DNA of 64,000 bases from Octopus bimaculoides. Its lineage: Eukaryota. Positions 24,861 through 36,465 of the stretch are shown one piece after another. Every line of letters begins with the position of its first letter. Positions within the stretch are counted from its first letter, which is position 1. Made by a program: the position numbers and the translations under genes. A model generated the notes under the pieces. The model ran no database searches and was not told the origin of the DNA. It worked only from the letters and a program-made list of their open reading frames with translations. The stretch covers positions 500,553-564,552 of the forward strand of contig NC_068986.1 in NCBI RefSeq assembly GCF_001194135.2, in the 5' to 3' direction.

Positions 24861-27074
24861 TGCGCTTCCTCACATTGCTTGAATTTTCGAATAATACAAC
24901 TCTGCTGGCTCGCTGGGCACGTCAACATTTCATCTGAACGGAACGCCAGTCCTCTGCAGCTGAGTGGGCCGGAACAGCACAAAATGAAGATTTAGCTCAA
25001 AAACAGAACGCACCGCCAGTCTGATAATTGAATTTATGACCATGCGAGTAAACTCTGACCACATGGACCACTCGCCTTTAATTTTTAGTATTGTTGGATA
25101 ATTAGCACTAAAATTTTTAATTGACTATATTTTCTAACGAAAACATGAGAAGTTGCCCTAACTATTGCACCAGAGTTATTCCCATTTTGCAACCGCCGAG
25201 TGGTCACTGGCAGTCAACCAACAAATAATTCCATCTCTTAACTTGAACTGGCTAAAAGGAATGAACTTTATATGCCAAATAATGTCAATCAGCTTCTGTA
25301 GTACCCATACTTGACCACTTAGCATCTGTGTGTGTGTGTGTGTAAGGTTAGATAAATCATAAAACTAGAGATCGATTGCGAATGAGACTGAGGATCACGG
25401 TGAAATAAAGACAGAACAATTGAGTAGATAAAGTGTAAATATGTAGGAAGATATGGACGATGAACTCTTAGATTCATCGTTCATATCCTGACAGCCCCAC
25501 TATGTTTTGTGAGGAACAAACCAACAAGCTTTTAATGAGTTAAGTTTACGTTAACGTATTTAATGCAGGCTCATAATGCGAGATATAATGTTGCGGTGAT
25601 GAAAAAACAATCCTCATCGTGGGGGAAAAAATTTAATGTTAGGCATTGACTAACATTATTTTGATTTTTTTTTTCAGCAATTTCAGAAAACAACTCTGCA
25701 CATGTTTTCGCCTTATTAAGCCTCTTCTGTTAAGTATAAACTTTAACGTTCTTCCTAAGTAGGTATATAAAAAAAAATCACCTATCAGGTGTGGGTTATT
25801 CTATTTATCGTTATATTCAATAAATCGTTATAAATTGTAAGTAATATATAATTAACGTATAGTTTATTCGCATTAGTACAAACCTAAAATTCTCACATAA
25901 ATTTATCTTTAGTAAAAGTAAGATTTGCAAGGCTAATTAGCTTCATATATACAAACAAGTATTAAGATTTTTTTGTGATGCCCCAACTTGTTGATTAATG
26001 CACGTTCAACAAATTTATAGTAAAACACGGTCCACTTTTATTGCTCAGCAACACCGAGACATTAAATATATTCGATCTAAAACTATGGCTGTTGTTTCAA
26101 ATTCATATGTTTACGAGAAACATGTTATTTTGCAAGTGCTTTTTCTCTGATTAATGTAAGCTAAAGGGTTTTAATTATGGTGTTTACGGAACTATAACCA
26201 GGAGTCGGTGAATGGCTCTTGAAAAGAAAGAAATTATATATTATTGTGGTATTGGGCAATTTAGATGCCGTTATTGCAGAATAAAATTTAATATTCATTT
26301 ATGATAAACTATGTTTTAATTATTCTTACAAGTTCATAAAATGCAAACTGGAAAAAAAACTAAAAGAGCAAAGAAAGTAATAGCAGTGATAAGAAAGAAA
26401 TGAAAAGTCATAAATGAAAATTATGACGATAAAAAGTGGAAATAAAAAGACAGAAAAATAATTAAAATTCAAAATAGAAAACTAAGAACTTTATACCTGT
26501 AAACAGAATAAGAGAAACGGTGTTGTGGGGCAGGAAAGCAACGGAAACATGAAAATATTGAAAATATTATGTATGTTCTTTATCGGTAGTCTTTAATTTA
26601 GAATAAAAAGTTAATCCTTGAATTCAAGTCTAATAATTAGTCTTCCATTTTTATTGTAATATCAATATTTGTAAAGTCAAACAGTCATTTGACTTTCAAA
26701 TATGTCACCCAAAAATTAGTCTGAAGAAAAACAAATAGGAAGGCACACTTTACCATGGAAACTAAAATTCCGTCAATAAATGACCTTTTACTAGAAATTT
26801 CATTTTGTCTATATTCTTTACCAATCATAAATAATATATAAAAATCTTCTCTGAATTTTATATCACTTTACATATCAATGTTTAAATCAGATTATAATCG
26901 AACAGTTTGTTTATTTGTTTGTTTTTCCGAGAAGAAATCAATTTTAATCGCTGGAAATCCAATGTGAGGACTATTCATATTTATGAAACATAAAAATTTT
27001 CTACGAAACCCATAACAAATACTTCTCATTCGAGAAAAGAACTAAAGAACTTTTTCTTCTACTTTTTGCTTGTT

Positions 27075-27260
27075 TAAGCCATGGGACTCCGACCATACTG
27101 GAGCACCGCCTCGGTTTTCGTCGAACAAATCACCACCAGTACTTACTTCTGTTAGGTTTGGTATTTATACTATAGGTTTCTTTTCTCGAAACAAGAAGTT
27201 ACAGTCGACGTAAACAAACGATGACTGATTGTAAAGCAGGGCGAGGACAAACACAAAACA
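27075..27260 (+). mobile_element. SINE family C
   Basis: CCATACTGGAGCACCGCC...GTCGAACAAATC...GACGTAAACAAAC...GGACAAACAC. Confidence 0.75.
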
Positions 27261-27374
27261 CGCATGCGCAAACACACACACACACACACACACGTATTAC
27301 ATATAGATGAAGACGAACATGATCCCACCATGTGATCAATTTGAAGAATTAAGATATTAAGATATTTTTCTTAG

Positions 27375-27470
27375 CATGAAACCAATGGTTCAAAGTTCCA
27401 CGCAATGGGACTGAATCCGGAACCATGTAGTTGGGAAGAAAGCTTCTTACGACGCAGCCACACCTGCGCC
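27375..27470 (-). mobile_element. SINE family B head
   Basis: GGCGCAGGTGTGGCTGCGTCGTAAGAAGC...GGTTCCGGATTCAGTCCC (A/B boxes). Confidence 0.85.
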
Positions 27471-27859
27471 TGATATATATATATATGTGTGTGTGTGTGT
27501 ATGTGTGTGTGTGTGTGTGTATGTGTGTACCTGTGAGTGTATATGTATTTAATGTATTTTTGCATGCCTGTGTAAGTACAGATGTATGTGTTTGTATTAA
27601 TGGATATAAACAATACTTAGATGTATGTATATTTTGTACACATATATATCTATGTTTGTGTATGTGAGAGAGAATTTAATAAATACAGTTTATTGAGTAG
27701 ATGCAGGTGTTATGTATATAGTATAATTGAATAGCACCATTATTAACTGTATATAACATTATGTACCAACTACGACACTCGACATAACAAGACAGAGTTA
27801 TATCTTCAGGAACGCAGCAAATTTCCGGTAACAACAATAACAACAACAGCAATAATAAT

Positions 27860-28330
27860 AATCCTTTATCCTTTCTACTAAAGGCACAACGCCTGAAATT
27901 TGAGGGGAGGGGACTAGTCAACTACATTGACTCAAGTATTTCACTGGTACTCAATTTATCGACCCCGAAAGGATGAAAGGCAAAGTCGACCATGGCGAAA
28001 TTTGAACTCAGAATGTAGCTGACGACTCTGCAGCTCTTGCTGCTTTAACAACAACAATAATAATAATCATAATAATAATAATAATGATTTAAAATTTTGC
28101 CGCAACGGCCAGGACGTAAAGACGGACGAAATCCGGCTAAGCATTTGGCCTGAGATTTGAATGAGAGCGTCAGTCGATTAAATTGACCTTCAATGCTTGT
28201 GACTTGCACTTTGTTTTAACGATTCCGAAAGAATGAAAAGGTAGAGATGATCAAGGTGGCAACAAAAATCAGTTTGAAAGGAGTTAATTGAATTCCACAA
28301 GACATTTTGTCCCACACTCTTCCGATTCTA
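27860..28330 (-). mobile_element. Cluster of SINE family A copies and fragments
   Basis: Near-consensus central domain at 27950-28010 plus two more degenerate pieces. Confidence 0.8.
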
Positions 28331-28789
28331 CCATCTTCCATTCTTTCCAATAATATTGATTTCTGGAATTGACCAAAGACCTCAGCTCCGTGAGTGAAGC
28401 GGTAATCCGGGATGTCTGAATCAGGAGGATAAAAGAAAGCTATAATGATATTATTATACCAGTGGTTATTTGGGTGTTCGAGTAAGCCTAAGTTATATCA
28501 AATCTTCCAGTAGTGATATCGGTTGTCTAAGCGTAATAAGCATAAACCGTAGCTGACTAAATCGACTGTAGTGTATCATTTGTACTTATTACATCTACTC
28601 TGAGTGATGAAGATAAAGTGTTGCCACTTTCTATATACTACAGGACAAGCATTTTATTGATGGCAAGGGAACTGTATTTCGTTATGTGACTACGTCACAC
28701 TAGTAGGTATATTTGAGGTTTATTAAGTCAATACTGTGTTTTATCGCGTGTTAACAGCGCTTCAGTTTCATTAGGAGGATACCTCCGTT

Positions 28790-29320
28790 GATTTCTTATA
28801 GAGTTCAAAGCCAGCACTTGTAACGACGTTTCGTAAACAAATACGCCAATGTACACAATGCGATCGAAGAAAGAAAAAATAAGTAATGGGTATATATGCA
28901 TATTTCGATAATTATTGTTCTCTCATGAGCATCTCATCCAACCGATCATCTATCCACAATCCCATTGCTAGCTTCAGCAGTGTAACACAATAAGGTAAAA
29001 CAATATGCATATTTAAACACATTCACATTTGTGACAACTGGTATGAATGTTTAATTACTGGTAATGCACCTATACTTCGTAATATTACTACGACACACGA
29101 CTAAGTATGTTAAACATAGTGGGTACTTAAGCAATGTAATCATGGATAGTTGATAGGCTGGATGAGGTGCTGATGAGACAACAATGATTCTCGAAATATG
29201 CATATACATTCATCACATATCTTTCTGTCTTCGATGGCATTGTTTATATAGTCGTATTCGTTTACGAAAAGTCGTTAATACAGAGTTGGCTATGAACCCT
29301 ATAGAAAATCAAGAGACAAT
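28790..29320. repeat. Foldback element with about 175-190-bp diverged inverted arms (28790-28965 and 29130-29320)
   Basis: Arms align by eye over their whole length, e.g. TCGAAATATGCATATA..TTCGAT.GCATTGT..GTTTACGAAA.GTCGTTA..GGCT.TGAAC.CTATA. Confidence 0.8.
29161..29214 (+). ncRNA. Minimal type I hammerhead ribozyme-like motif
   Basis: GAUGAGGUG-CUGAUGA-gacaacaaugauucuc-GAAA-UAUGCAUAUA|CAUUCAUC: palindromic helix III AUAUGCAUAU, 8-bp bulged helix I, AUA triplet. Confidence 0.7.
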
Positions 29321-29476
29321 CTTATAAGGACAATTATTATGACTTATAGAATATTTCCTCCGGTTTTCTACCATTTCTATTTTACCACTCTCTCTGCTAA
29401 GATTAATAGTAAAAATGATTTTACTTTGTTTTTGATAGGCATTTCTTGTGAACTTCAACGAGACTAACCTGAAAAG

Positions 29477-29701
29477 ATGTCCATGTTAACAAGGAAAGGT
29501 ACGATGGTTCGGAAAAGCCGCGGCACTCATTCACGAAGCCAGTCGATGAAACGGACTCCATCACGAGGCGGGTCGACTAAGAGACCTACACCGGGCCTAA
29601 CACCTGCTATTGTTGTTATGGACAGCACAGAATCAGAAGACAAGGATTCCTCAACTAACGCTTCATCACCCCCCGCAAAGAATATTGTCGGAACAATTGT
29701 G
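29477..29701 (+). CDS. Probable first coding exon (exon 29439-29701) of an unidentified host gene; 75-aa basic, Ser/Thr-rich N-terminus
   Basis: T-rich tract plus AG at 29437-29438; in-frame TAA at 29465 before the ATG (AAAAGATGT); open, GC-richer, non-TE sequence MSMLTRKGTMVRKSRG...KNIVGTIV; donor GTG|GTAAAT, phase 0. Confidence 0.7.
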
Positions 29702-30237
29702 GTAAATATTTTACGTCGGTTTATTATCTTAAAACACCTTTTCCTCTCATTATCCTTATCTGACTTCAATTATTATGAACTATAACACCCAAAAGTGTGA
29801 CAGTTATTGACCTTCATCTCATATCAACTGTTGTAGTCTTCCTTTCAAATACCAGAGCGCTATTACAGGGTAGTGTGCTTATACCTCCATTCAATTTAAC
29901 ATAATGTGGTTTTTCTCTATTTTACATGTCTTGTTCCACGATCAATAATTCCTTTCAGTTGGAAATCTTCCAATAAGGATAATGCCAAAAGGTTAACGGC
30001 CTTGGTTATCTAACAAATGCTTGAATTTGATCAACTTATTATATATTATATTATATTACACTACATGGAATCTACAACAATATTAACAAGGTTTATGTGA
30101 CTCGAAATATAAGCACGGTAGAAAAGGTAAATCATTCGAAAGTGAAAATAGATATTCCCTGAAAGCATTTTGTTTAAAGATAATATGTTGAACCTTTTAC
30201 CAAATTTAACATAATCTATTTGCCTTGATGTATTAGC

Positions 30238-30295
30238 AAAATAGTGGATTAGCAGAATAGTGGATTAGCAGAATAGTGGATTAGCAGAATCGGTA
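30238..30295 (+). repeat. 16-bp tandem repeat of a SINE-head-like motif
   Basis: (GATTAGCAGAATAGTG) repeats running into AGCAGAATCGGTAG. Confidence 0.75.
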
Positions 30296-30299
30296 GAGT

Positions 30300-30398
30300 T
30301 TCTTAAGATGGGGCATGGCAATATTTTGATGATCGTGAGTTACGCCAGATTGGGACATAACTAAATGACAAATAAAAATACAATAACGTTTCCTTTGA

Positions 30399-30459
<61 letters not shown>

Positions 30460-31290
30460 TGTGATAGAGAAAGAGAGAGAGAGAGTGAGTGTATTTTCGC
30501 CTTTTCAAATAGAAGACATACTACAGATATTATGTCAGAAGTGCTTCTTTCTGGTCGAAATCCACATTGAGACTCGGGCATAAATAGGTTGATATCATGA
30601 AGTAGAAAATGTTGGGGGAGAATACGAGAGAGGATCGTATCGGCGTTATCCAGAAGAGAGATTCTCCTGCTGTCGCTGAACTCTTCACGGTCTCCTTTGT
30701 AGATTGGACGATATTGGAGTGTTTGCACGCGCTAGGTATAGCCTACCCTACCAACAGAGAAGAAATAAAGAGTGAAGATGGTACGTAAGGTAAGGCGCAC
30801 CATACTTGTTGATCTCACTCAGGATCCCGTCATTAATGGGAAACTTCTTGTTTTTGAGACCGTGGATTGCCCTTTGAACCTCATAAATTGTTATTGGGTT
30901 GACAAGTTCTGTAGGATAGGACCGTTGGGTCCGTGGTGTTGGACCGATTTAGAAGTTCTTGAAAATGTTCGACCAACTTATGAAGTATTGCAGTTTTCCT
31001 TCTCAGTAAGGTGCCATTGGATGATCTCACCAGAGTATTCACCTCTCTGCATGGACCGAAGATTCTCCTAATCGAGTCCTTGAATTCATAAGTTTTCTTC
31101 TCCTCTGCATATTTAACACTCGCCGACTGAAGCCACATCAAATATACTCTCAACCATAGTGAACGAGATTCAGTAGGCTGACGATTCAGCTGCACCATCT
31201 CATATCTCCGCATCTCTTCAACACATGACGAACACAATGGACAGTGTCTATTCTCGGCTCGGTCGTCAAGTAAATCATCGTAAAACTCAA
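30300..31290 (-). mobile_element. RTE-clade LINE, inverted 5' segment (EN-RT linker to RT domain 3), interrupted by (CA)n
   Basis: HKLVEHFQELLNRSN; PIYKGDREEFSDSRRISLL; PESQCGFRPERSTSDII. Confidence 0.85.
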
Positions 31291-32125
31291 GATTTCCATT
31301 CATCCTTCCCGTACTCATCTCCCCTTCACCCTGTCCTTATTCACGATGCTCCTCTAGCGCAAGCGGATTCATTCTACTGTCTCGGAAGCACGATCTCTAA
31401 CACTGGATGTCTTGACGAGGAGATACTCCGTCGGATCGACTTGGCTTCTACATCATTCGAGGGACTCAGCGAACGAATCTTTCGGCACAAGAACATTGGA
31501 GCTAATACAAAAATCTTCGTTTATCGAGTTGTCTGTGTATCCTTCCTCTGAGTGCTGGACCCTTTATCGGCACCAGATCAGATAACCGGAAGTGTTGCAT
31601 ATCAAATCATTCCAAAGATTTCACACGGAAGGATAACGTGTCTCATACTGAGCTCCTCCTGTGGGTTGGAATCTACAGCGTTGAAGCCTGCGTCCTTCGT
31701 CGTCGTCTTTGCTGGCTTGACCATGTGATTTGGACGCTGGGTAACCGGCTCTCAAAATGGTCTTCAACGGGATCGCGACTGGAGGTGGGGCTCATTGACG
31801 TCCAAAACTTAATTTTCATGATCATTTCAAGTGGTCTTTCATATGATACGGCATCCCTTCAGATCGGTTAAAGTCCCTAGATGTTGTAATAGAGCGCTTT
31901 GAAACCGAACACAGGAGACTGCATGAAGAAAGGTGGAGACGTCATCATCAAACCCTGCGTCTGCAGTTCCGGGTCACCTTCAGTTCCCTCAGTTCCATGG
32001 GATCTGCCTGTCTCATATCGGTCATGTCAGGCACGTCCGCTCCTATGAGCAACACTGTACTGGACGCGGTGGAGAATGAATGTATTGGATCGACGCTGTT
32101 ATCACTTTGGTGGACCGTCATAAGC
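31290..32125 (+). mobile_element. RTE-clade LINE 3' segment with C-terminal C2H2-like finger
   Basis: SFYCLGSTISNTGCLDEEILRRIDLASTSF; RRRLCWLDHV; terminal GICLSHIG.VRHVRS remnant. Confidence 0.85.
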
Positions 32126-32212
32126 AAAATAAGCATATATATATATATATGTATATATGTGCACGCGCGCGCGTGTGCATATATGTATGTGTGTAAGCAT
32201 ATATATATATAA

Positions 32213-32265
<53 letters not shown>

Positions 32266-32329
32266 TCGAATTTGTGTGAATGTGTATAAAATAATATATC
32301 AGTTGAATAAAGTCAAAACATGCTCTAGC

Positions 32330-32500
32330 TTTCATGTTTTTATTAAGGCATTTAAACATTAAAAAAATCTTTTGTAATGCTCATAAAGTTAAATTAATAC
32401 TTTCATACATAGAGTAATCATCAGGTTTCAAAAGTTGTTTACCTGAGAGTTGAGTTCTTGACAATTGTATGACCTCTTAGAACGCTCCAACAAGCTGAAT
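32330..32500 (-). mobile_element. PLE pLTR-like repeat with a decayed hammerhead core (32388-32430)
   Basis: Homologous to 45890-46030; CUGAUGA-uuacucuauguau-GAAA-GUAUUA. Confidence 0.6.
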
Positions 32501-32549
32501 TTTTAGAATACGGTTTTGACCAATCCGTATGCAGTTTAAAAATCACATA

Positions 32550-33090
32550 GTGGCGTGTGGGTAAAACACTGTGGTAATGTTTCTCATTATTTTATCCATC
32601 TTTCTCTGCTATAAAATCTATTGGCGATTATTTATATAATATATTCAAGCTTCTTTCATTTGTTATGTCACTTTACGACCTAAGTTTATAAAGTTTCTCC
32701 TGAATCAAATTTGTCTTTCATCATCAGGCAAAAGTAGTGGAATTGGTTTATTCAACAACACCTACTGCAATATGTAATCTTAAAATCGTTTGTTATTCTT
32801 GCTTTACAATTGCATGGTTTTCTTATTTTCACGCTTCCATATTCTTGTACTATTGCTTTTGCGTCAGGTCGTAATTGATATGTCAATTTGGTGGAGATAG
32901 TTTGTAGAGTTATTGTGAAAAACGTTGCCAAACTTTCAATCTTCAATTACAGATTATTCTATCAATTATACTTAAAACTCACACCTTCTATTTATTGGAC
33001 TTCATATCACTGTGGAGTTAATAGAAGTGTTTTCAGAGCTGCACATCCGTTTAATTTGTTTCCATCTCAAATATGTTTTCAGTGAATCGT
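32550..33090 (-). mobile_element. Decayed Penelope-like remnant
   Basis: IKRMCSSENT and KPCNC motifs in PLE order, immediately upstream of the pLTR-like repeat. Confidence 0.5.
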
Positions 33091-34029
33091 ATTTGATTCT
33101 TTTTTTTTTTACAAACAGCCAAGTGAAGAGAAGCTTTACATTAGGAGAAAAAATACAAAATGTCATTAACAATAAAATTATATGAATTCATTCACTAAGT
33201 GAAACCTTAAGAATGTTGTTTGTTGAAGCGGAAATATATGTGGAGAAGAAAAATAACCCCCTTTTTTATGTATATTAGAAAGGCAGAGCTGAAAAAAACG
33301 GTACAGTAAGGAGCAAGGAGAACTATTAGAAAAAGAGAAAAAGGGATAGGCAGAGATTGAATCTACCTTTCTCTACTACAAAATCTTTTATTTTCGATTA
33401 TTTATAAATTGCTTTTTAAGTTTCTTTCATATTGATGTTATAATATCTCCAGTCACGATATTCTTCGGTTGACAAACAACAATGACCATGAAGCGTGCCA
33501 AGAGATTTCTCCCAAACAACCAATATTGATTAACCGTGTTACGGATAATGAACTGTAAACTACTGTATTTCCTTCGCATTTCTCATTTTTTCCTTCAATT
33601 TTCTCTGTGAATCTTTCTTCTAATTTCATTACCTCCTCTCAAGAAAAGGAAAGCAATATTTTTTTTTCTTGTAATTGAGTATTTTTCTTGTAATTGAGTA
33701 TTTTTAGTTTCCAGCGCTTCATTTCATGGCATTTTGCAAAACGAATTGTATGTTCCTTGATGAAGCCAGGGGGTTTCTTGTGTACAAGTTTTAATAAAAA
33801 AATGTTTAGTTCTATGTTATTTATCTCAGTTCTCTGTGAGCAAAATTTAGTTTACATAAAAATGACACGGCTCCAAACTGCAATCGAAACCCTATCTCGA
33901 ACTCCTCTGCAAGCCTGTAATCTACTTCTCTAAAGTCACTCCATAAATACATTGTCATTCATAAGACCTAAATTAATGAGTTAATATACACAGACATGCA
34001 GCAAGTAAGTAGACACTTTTAATTTTCAA

Positions 34030-34200
34030 AATCTTTTATTTGATATTAATTGGTTGAAGATGTTTTCTTCTAGCTGCTCGTCCATAATACCCAAGCTTAT
34101 GCAGATATGTAATACACGTTCTTGGACTAACATCGGAGTTATTTTTGCATTTTTTTCTCTCACAGCTGATCATGTTTCTGAAATACAAAACATATATTTA
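34030..34200 (-). mobile_element. Tc1 transposase fragment
   Basis: DVSPRTCITYLHKLGYYGRAARRKHLQPINIK. Confidence 0.75.
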
Positions 34201-34729
34201 AGCCCTACAAAACATGTCTCACCTGGTTTACAAGTTAGTCATTTGCAATGATTGTCACACTAAATCAAGCACAGCATGGACATATCTGAAGGCAAATTCC
34301 ACAAATATGATACGTGTATGATGTCAAGGACCACAGAAATGTGTTGTTTATTAACATCTAATTGTAAAAAGAACAATTCTGTCATCATCATGACATTTAA
34401 AACTGGTTAGATTAAAATAGTGAAAGTTGGATGCTTTTTATTTACTGAAAATACTCATATCATGACTTATGTTTCCACATTTACTTTAAACAATATTGAA
34501 AAACTGAAAAACTTGAAAAACTATTTCCGAAGTTATGTCAAAACCCCATACTTAGGTCTGCATTTGATGAAGCCAAATCTAGCCTTAGAAATGTTGAAAA
34601 ATGGACATTTGAGTTTGTGAAATATTTTGACGTGATAGAGCAAAACGGATTTCATTTTTCAAATCAGCACCTCCAAATTACCAGGAAACATGGCTCCAAC
34701 ACTAGACGACAAAACCATGTTCCCCAGTG

Positions 34730-34925
34730 TAATACAGGGAAATGAGCGTTGTTTTTTGTTGTCTTGTAATTTATTTTGGCGCTATTTCGATTCAAACAGG
34801 AATGGTATAATCGACGTCGAAGTGTCGGCATGTTGTCCAGTAGACATGGCTGCCAACTTGATCGTGTTTCTGAATATACTTCGACTTGGCAACGACTGTG
34901 CAGCCAGAAATGATGGAGTCACTTA
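34730..34925 (-). mobile_element. R4/Dong-like fragment (post-knuckle RHD region)
   Basis: DSIISGCTVVAKSKYIQKHDQVGSHVYWTTCRHF. Confidence 0.75.
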
Positions 34926-35098
34926 ATGTCTCATTGTACTAATTAAACAGTCTGCAATTGATGTTAACATCTTTTTACATTATTTTTGCTTTAGTAATTA
35001 TTCGTGGCTCGGCCATTATCTTTCATGTGCAACTAAAATCAGAGATTTTGTTTCGCCCTTTAACTCAGCTTCTGAAACAGTCATTTTTTTCTGTTTTC

Positions 35099-35147
<49 letters not shown>

Positions 35148-35231
35148 CGAATGTTATGGAGTATTGGGCATAAGGTGTCTTTTTCTCCCCATTTCAGAAT
35201 AATTTGAAATTTCATTTTGAATTTTCATTCG

Positions 35232-35403
35232 ATGTAAAGTTGTGGCGAAAGAGTCAGCAGAAGTTCATCATTACCTTCAGCCGGAACCGCGTGGAGCCTA
35301 GGTGTTTCGCTCATAAACATACACATCGCCCGGTCTGAGATTCGAACCCGCGATCCCTTGACTGCGAGTCTTCTGCTCTAACCACTAGGCCATGTGCCTC
35401 CAC
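35232..35403 (-). mobile_element. Young tRNA-derived SINE (family D)
   Basis: GGAGGCACATGGCCTAGTGGTTAGAGC (A-box)...GGGTTCGAATCTC (B-box), followed by a non-tRNA body. Confidence 0.85.
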
Positions 35404-35404
35404 C

Positions 35405-35490
35405 TTGCTGTTCCTAGCAGGGCTATTTCGTTGGATAGTGTATAGTGTTGAGAGTACAAGTACAGCTTCTATGTTTTTGTTCAGGTTTTT
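35405..35490 (-). mobile_element. R4/Dong-like extreme C-terminal fragment
   Basis: STLYTIQ/IALLGTA across a frameshift. Confidence 0.55.
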
Positions 35491-35599
35491 TTTTTATCAT
35501 ACTCTATGCTTCAATTATTATTGGTATTATTTTCACCTACGTGCTTCGCATTTTCAATACTTCAATTATCATTATCATCATCATCATTATTATTATTAC

Positions 35600-36060
35600 T
35601 ACTACTAATTGCGTTATCTTTAGCTAGAGATCGTGATTTCAATTCCTATCTCCATGATGCTTCCTGGTCTTTTAATTTGTTGGTTTCACGGTGGAACGGA
35701 CCATGTAATTCTATACGGTGCAGGGTCTCTTTTCTCTCGTTGGCTGTTCTTGATCGGAATTCATGAGCACACTCAAGTCCATTTTTGTTAACTCCTACAT
35801 TAGCATTAGCAGTATACTGTAGCAGGTCTTCTTTGCTTTTTACCAAATATTCTGGCATGTTTCTTCTTTCACTGCTGATGCATTTCTGTACGATAATCAT
35901 CCCACGTCCACCTTTATCCCGCTTCATGTAGATCCTGTGTACATTTGCCTTAGGGCGGAGGGCACCATACATTTTCATTGTCTTTCGGATAGTGCGATCG
36001 AGCTGGTTAATCTCCGCTTGTGTCTATTTCAGGATGGATGCACTATGTTGATGGTAGTCT
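35600..36060 (-). mobile_element. R4/Dong-like post-RT fragment
   Basis: MYGALRPKANVHRIYMKRDKGGRGM...LHGPFHRE. Confidence 0.8.
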
Positions 36061-36084
36061 ATTATTGTTGTTGTTGTTGTTATT

Positions 36085-36300
36085 AAGGCAGTGAGCTGGC
36101 AGTACCGTTAGCATGCCGGACCAAATGCTTAGCGGTATTTCTCCCGTTACTCTGTTCTGAATTCAAATCCCGCCGAGGTTGACTTTGCTTTTCAGCCTTT
36201 CGGGATCGATCAATGAAACACTGGGGTCGATGTAATCGACTAGTGCCCTCGCATCAAATTTCAGCTCTTGTGCCTATAGTAGAAAGGATTATTATTGTTG
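36085..36300 (+). mobile_element. SINE family A, full length
   Basis: GTGAGCTGGCAGTACCGTTAGC head; GAATTCAAATCC B-box; central domain; (TTA/TTG) tail. Confidence 0.9.
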
Positions 36301-36310
36301 TTGTTGTTGT

Positions 36311-36465
36311 TGGCAGAATTGTTAAAACGCCAGGAAAATGCTTACCGCATTTCGTCCGTCTTTACGTTCTGAGTTCAAATTCTACCGAGGTCGACTTTGC
36401 CTCTCATCCTTTCGAGATCGATAAAATAAGCACGAGTTGAATACAGGTGTCGATGAAAGCGATAA
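36311..36465 (+). mobile_element. SINE family A (tandem second copy)
   Basis: TTGGCAGAATTGTTA head; GAGTTCAAATTC; GAGGTCGACTTTGCC. Confidence 0.85.

Noticed and set aside
25385-25415. CTGAGGA...GAAA spacing
   Set aside because: Helices I-III do not pair.
34141-34235. Strong acceptor-like TTTTTTCTCTCACAG with a possible micro-exon
   Set aside because: It overlaps a minus-strand Tc1 remnant, and its phase is incompatible with the 29701 donor.
35330-35403. tRNA gene
   Set aside because: The acceptor stem does not close and the sequence continues into a SINE body.
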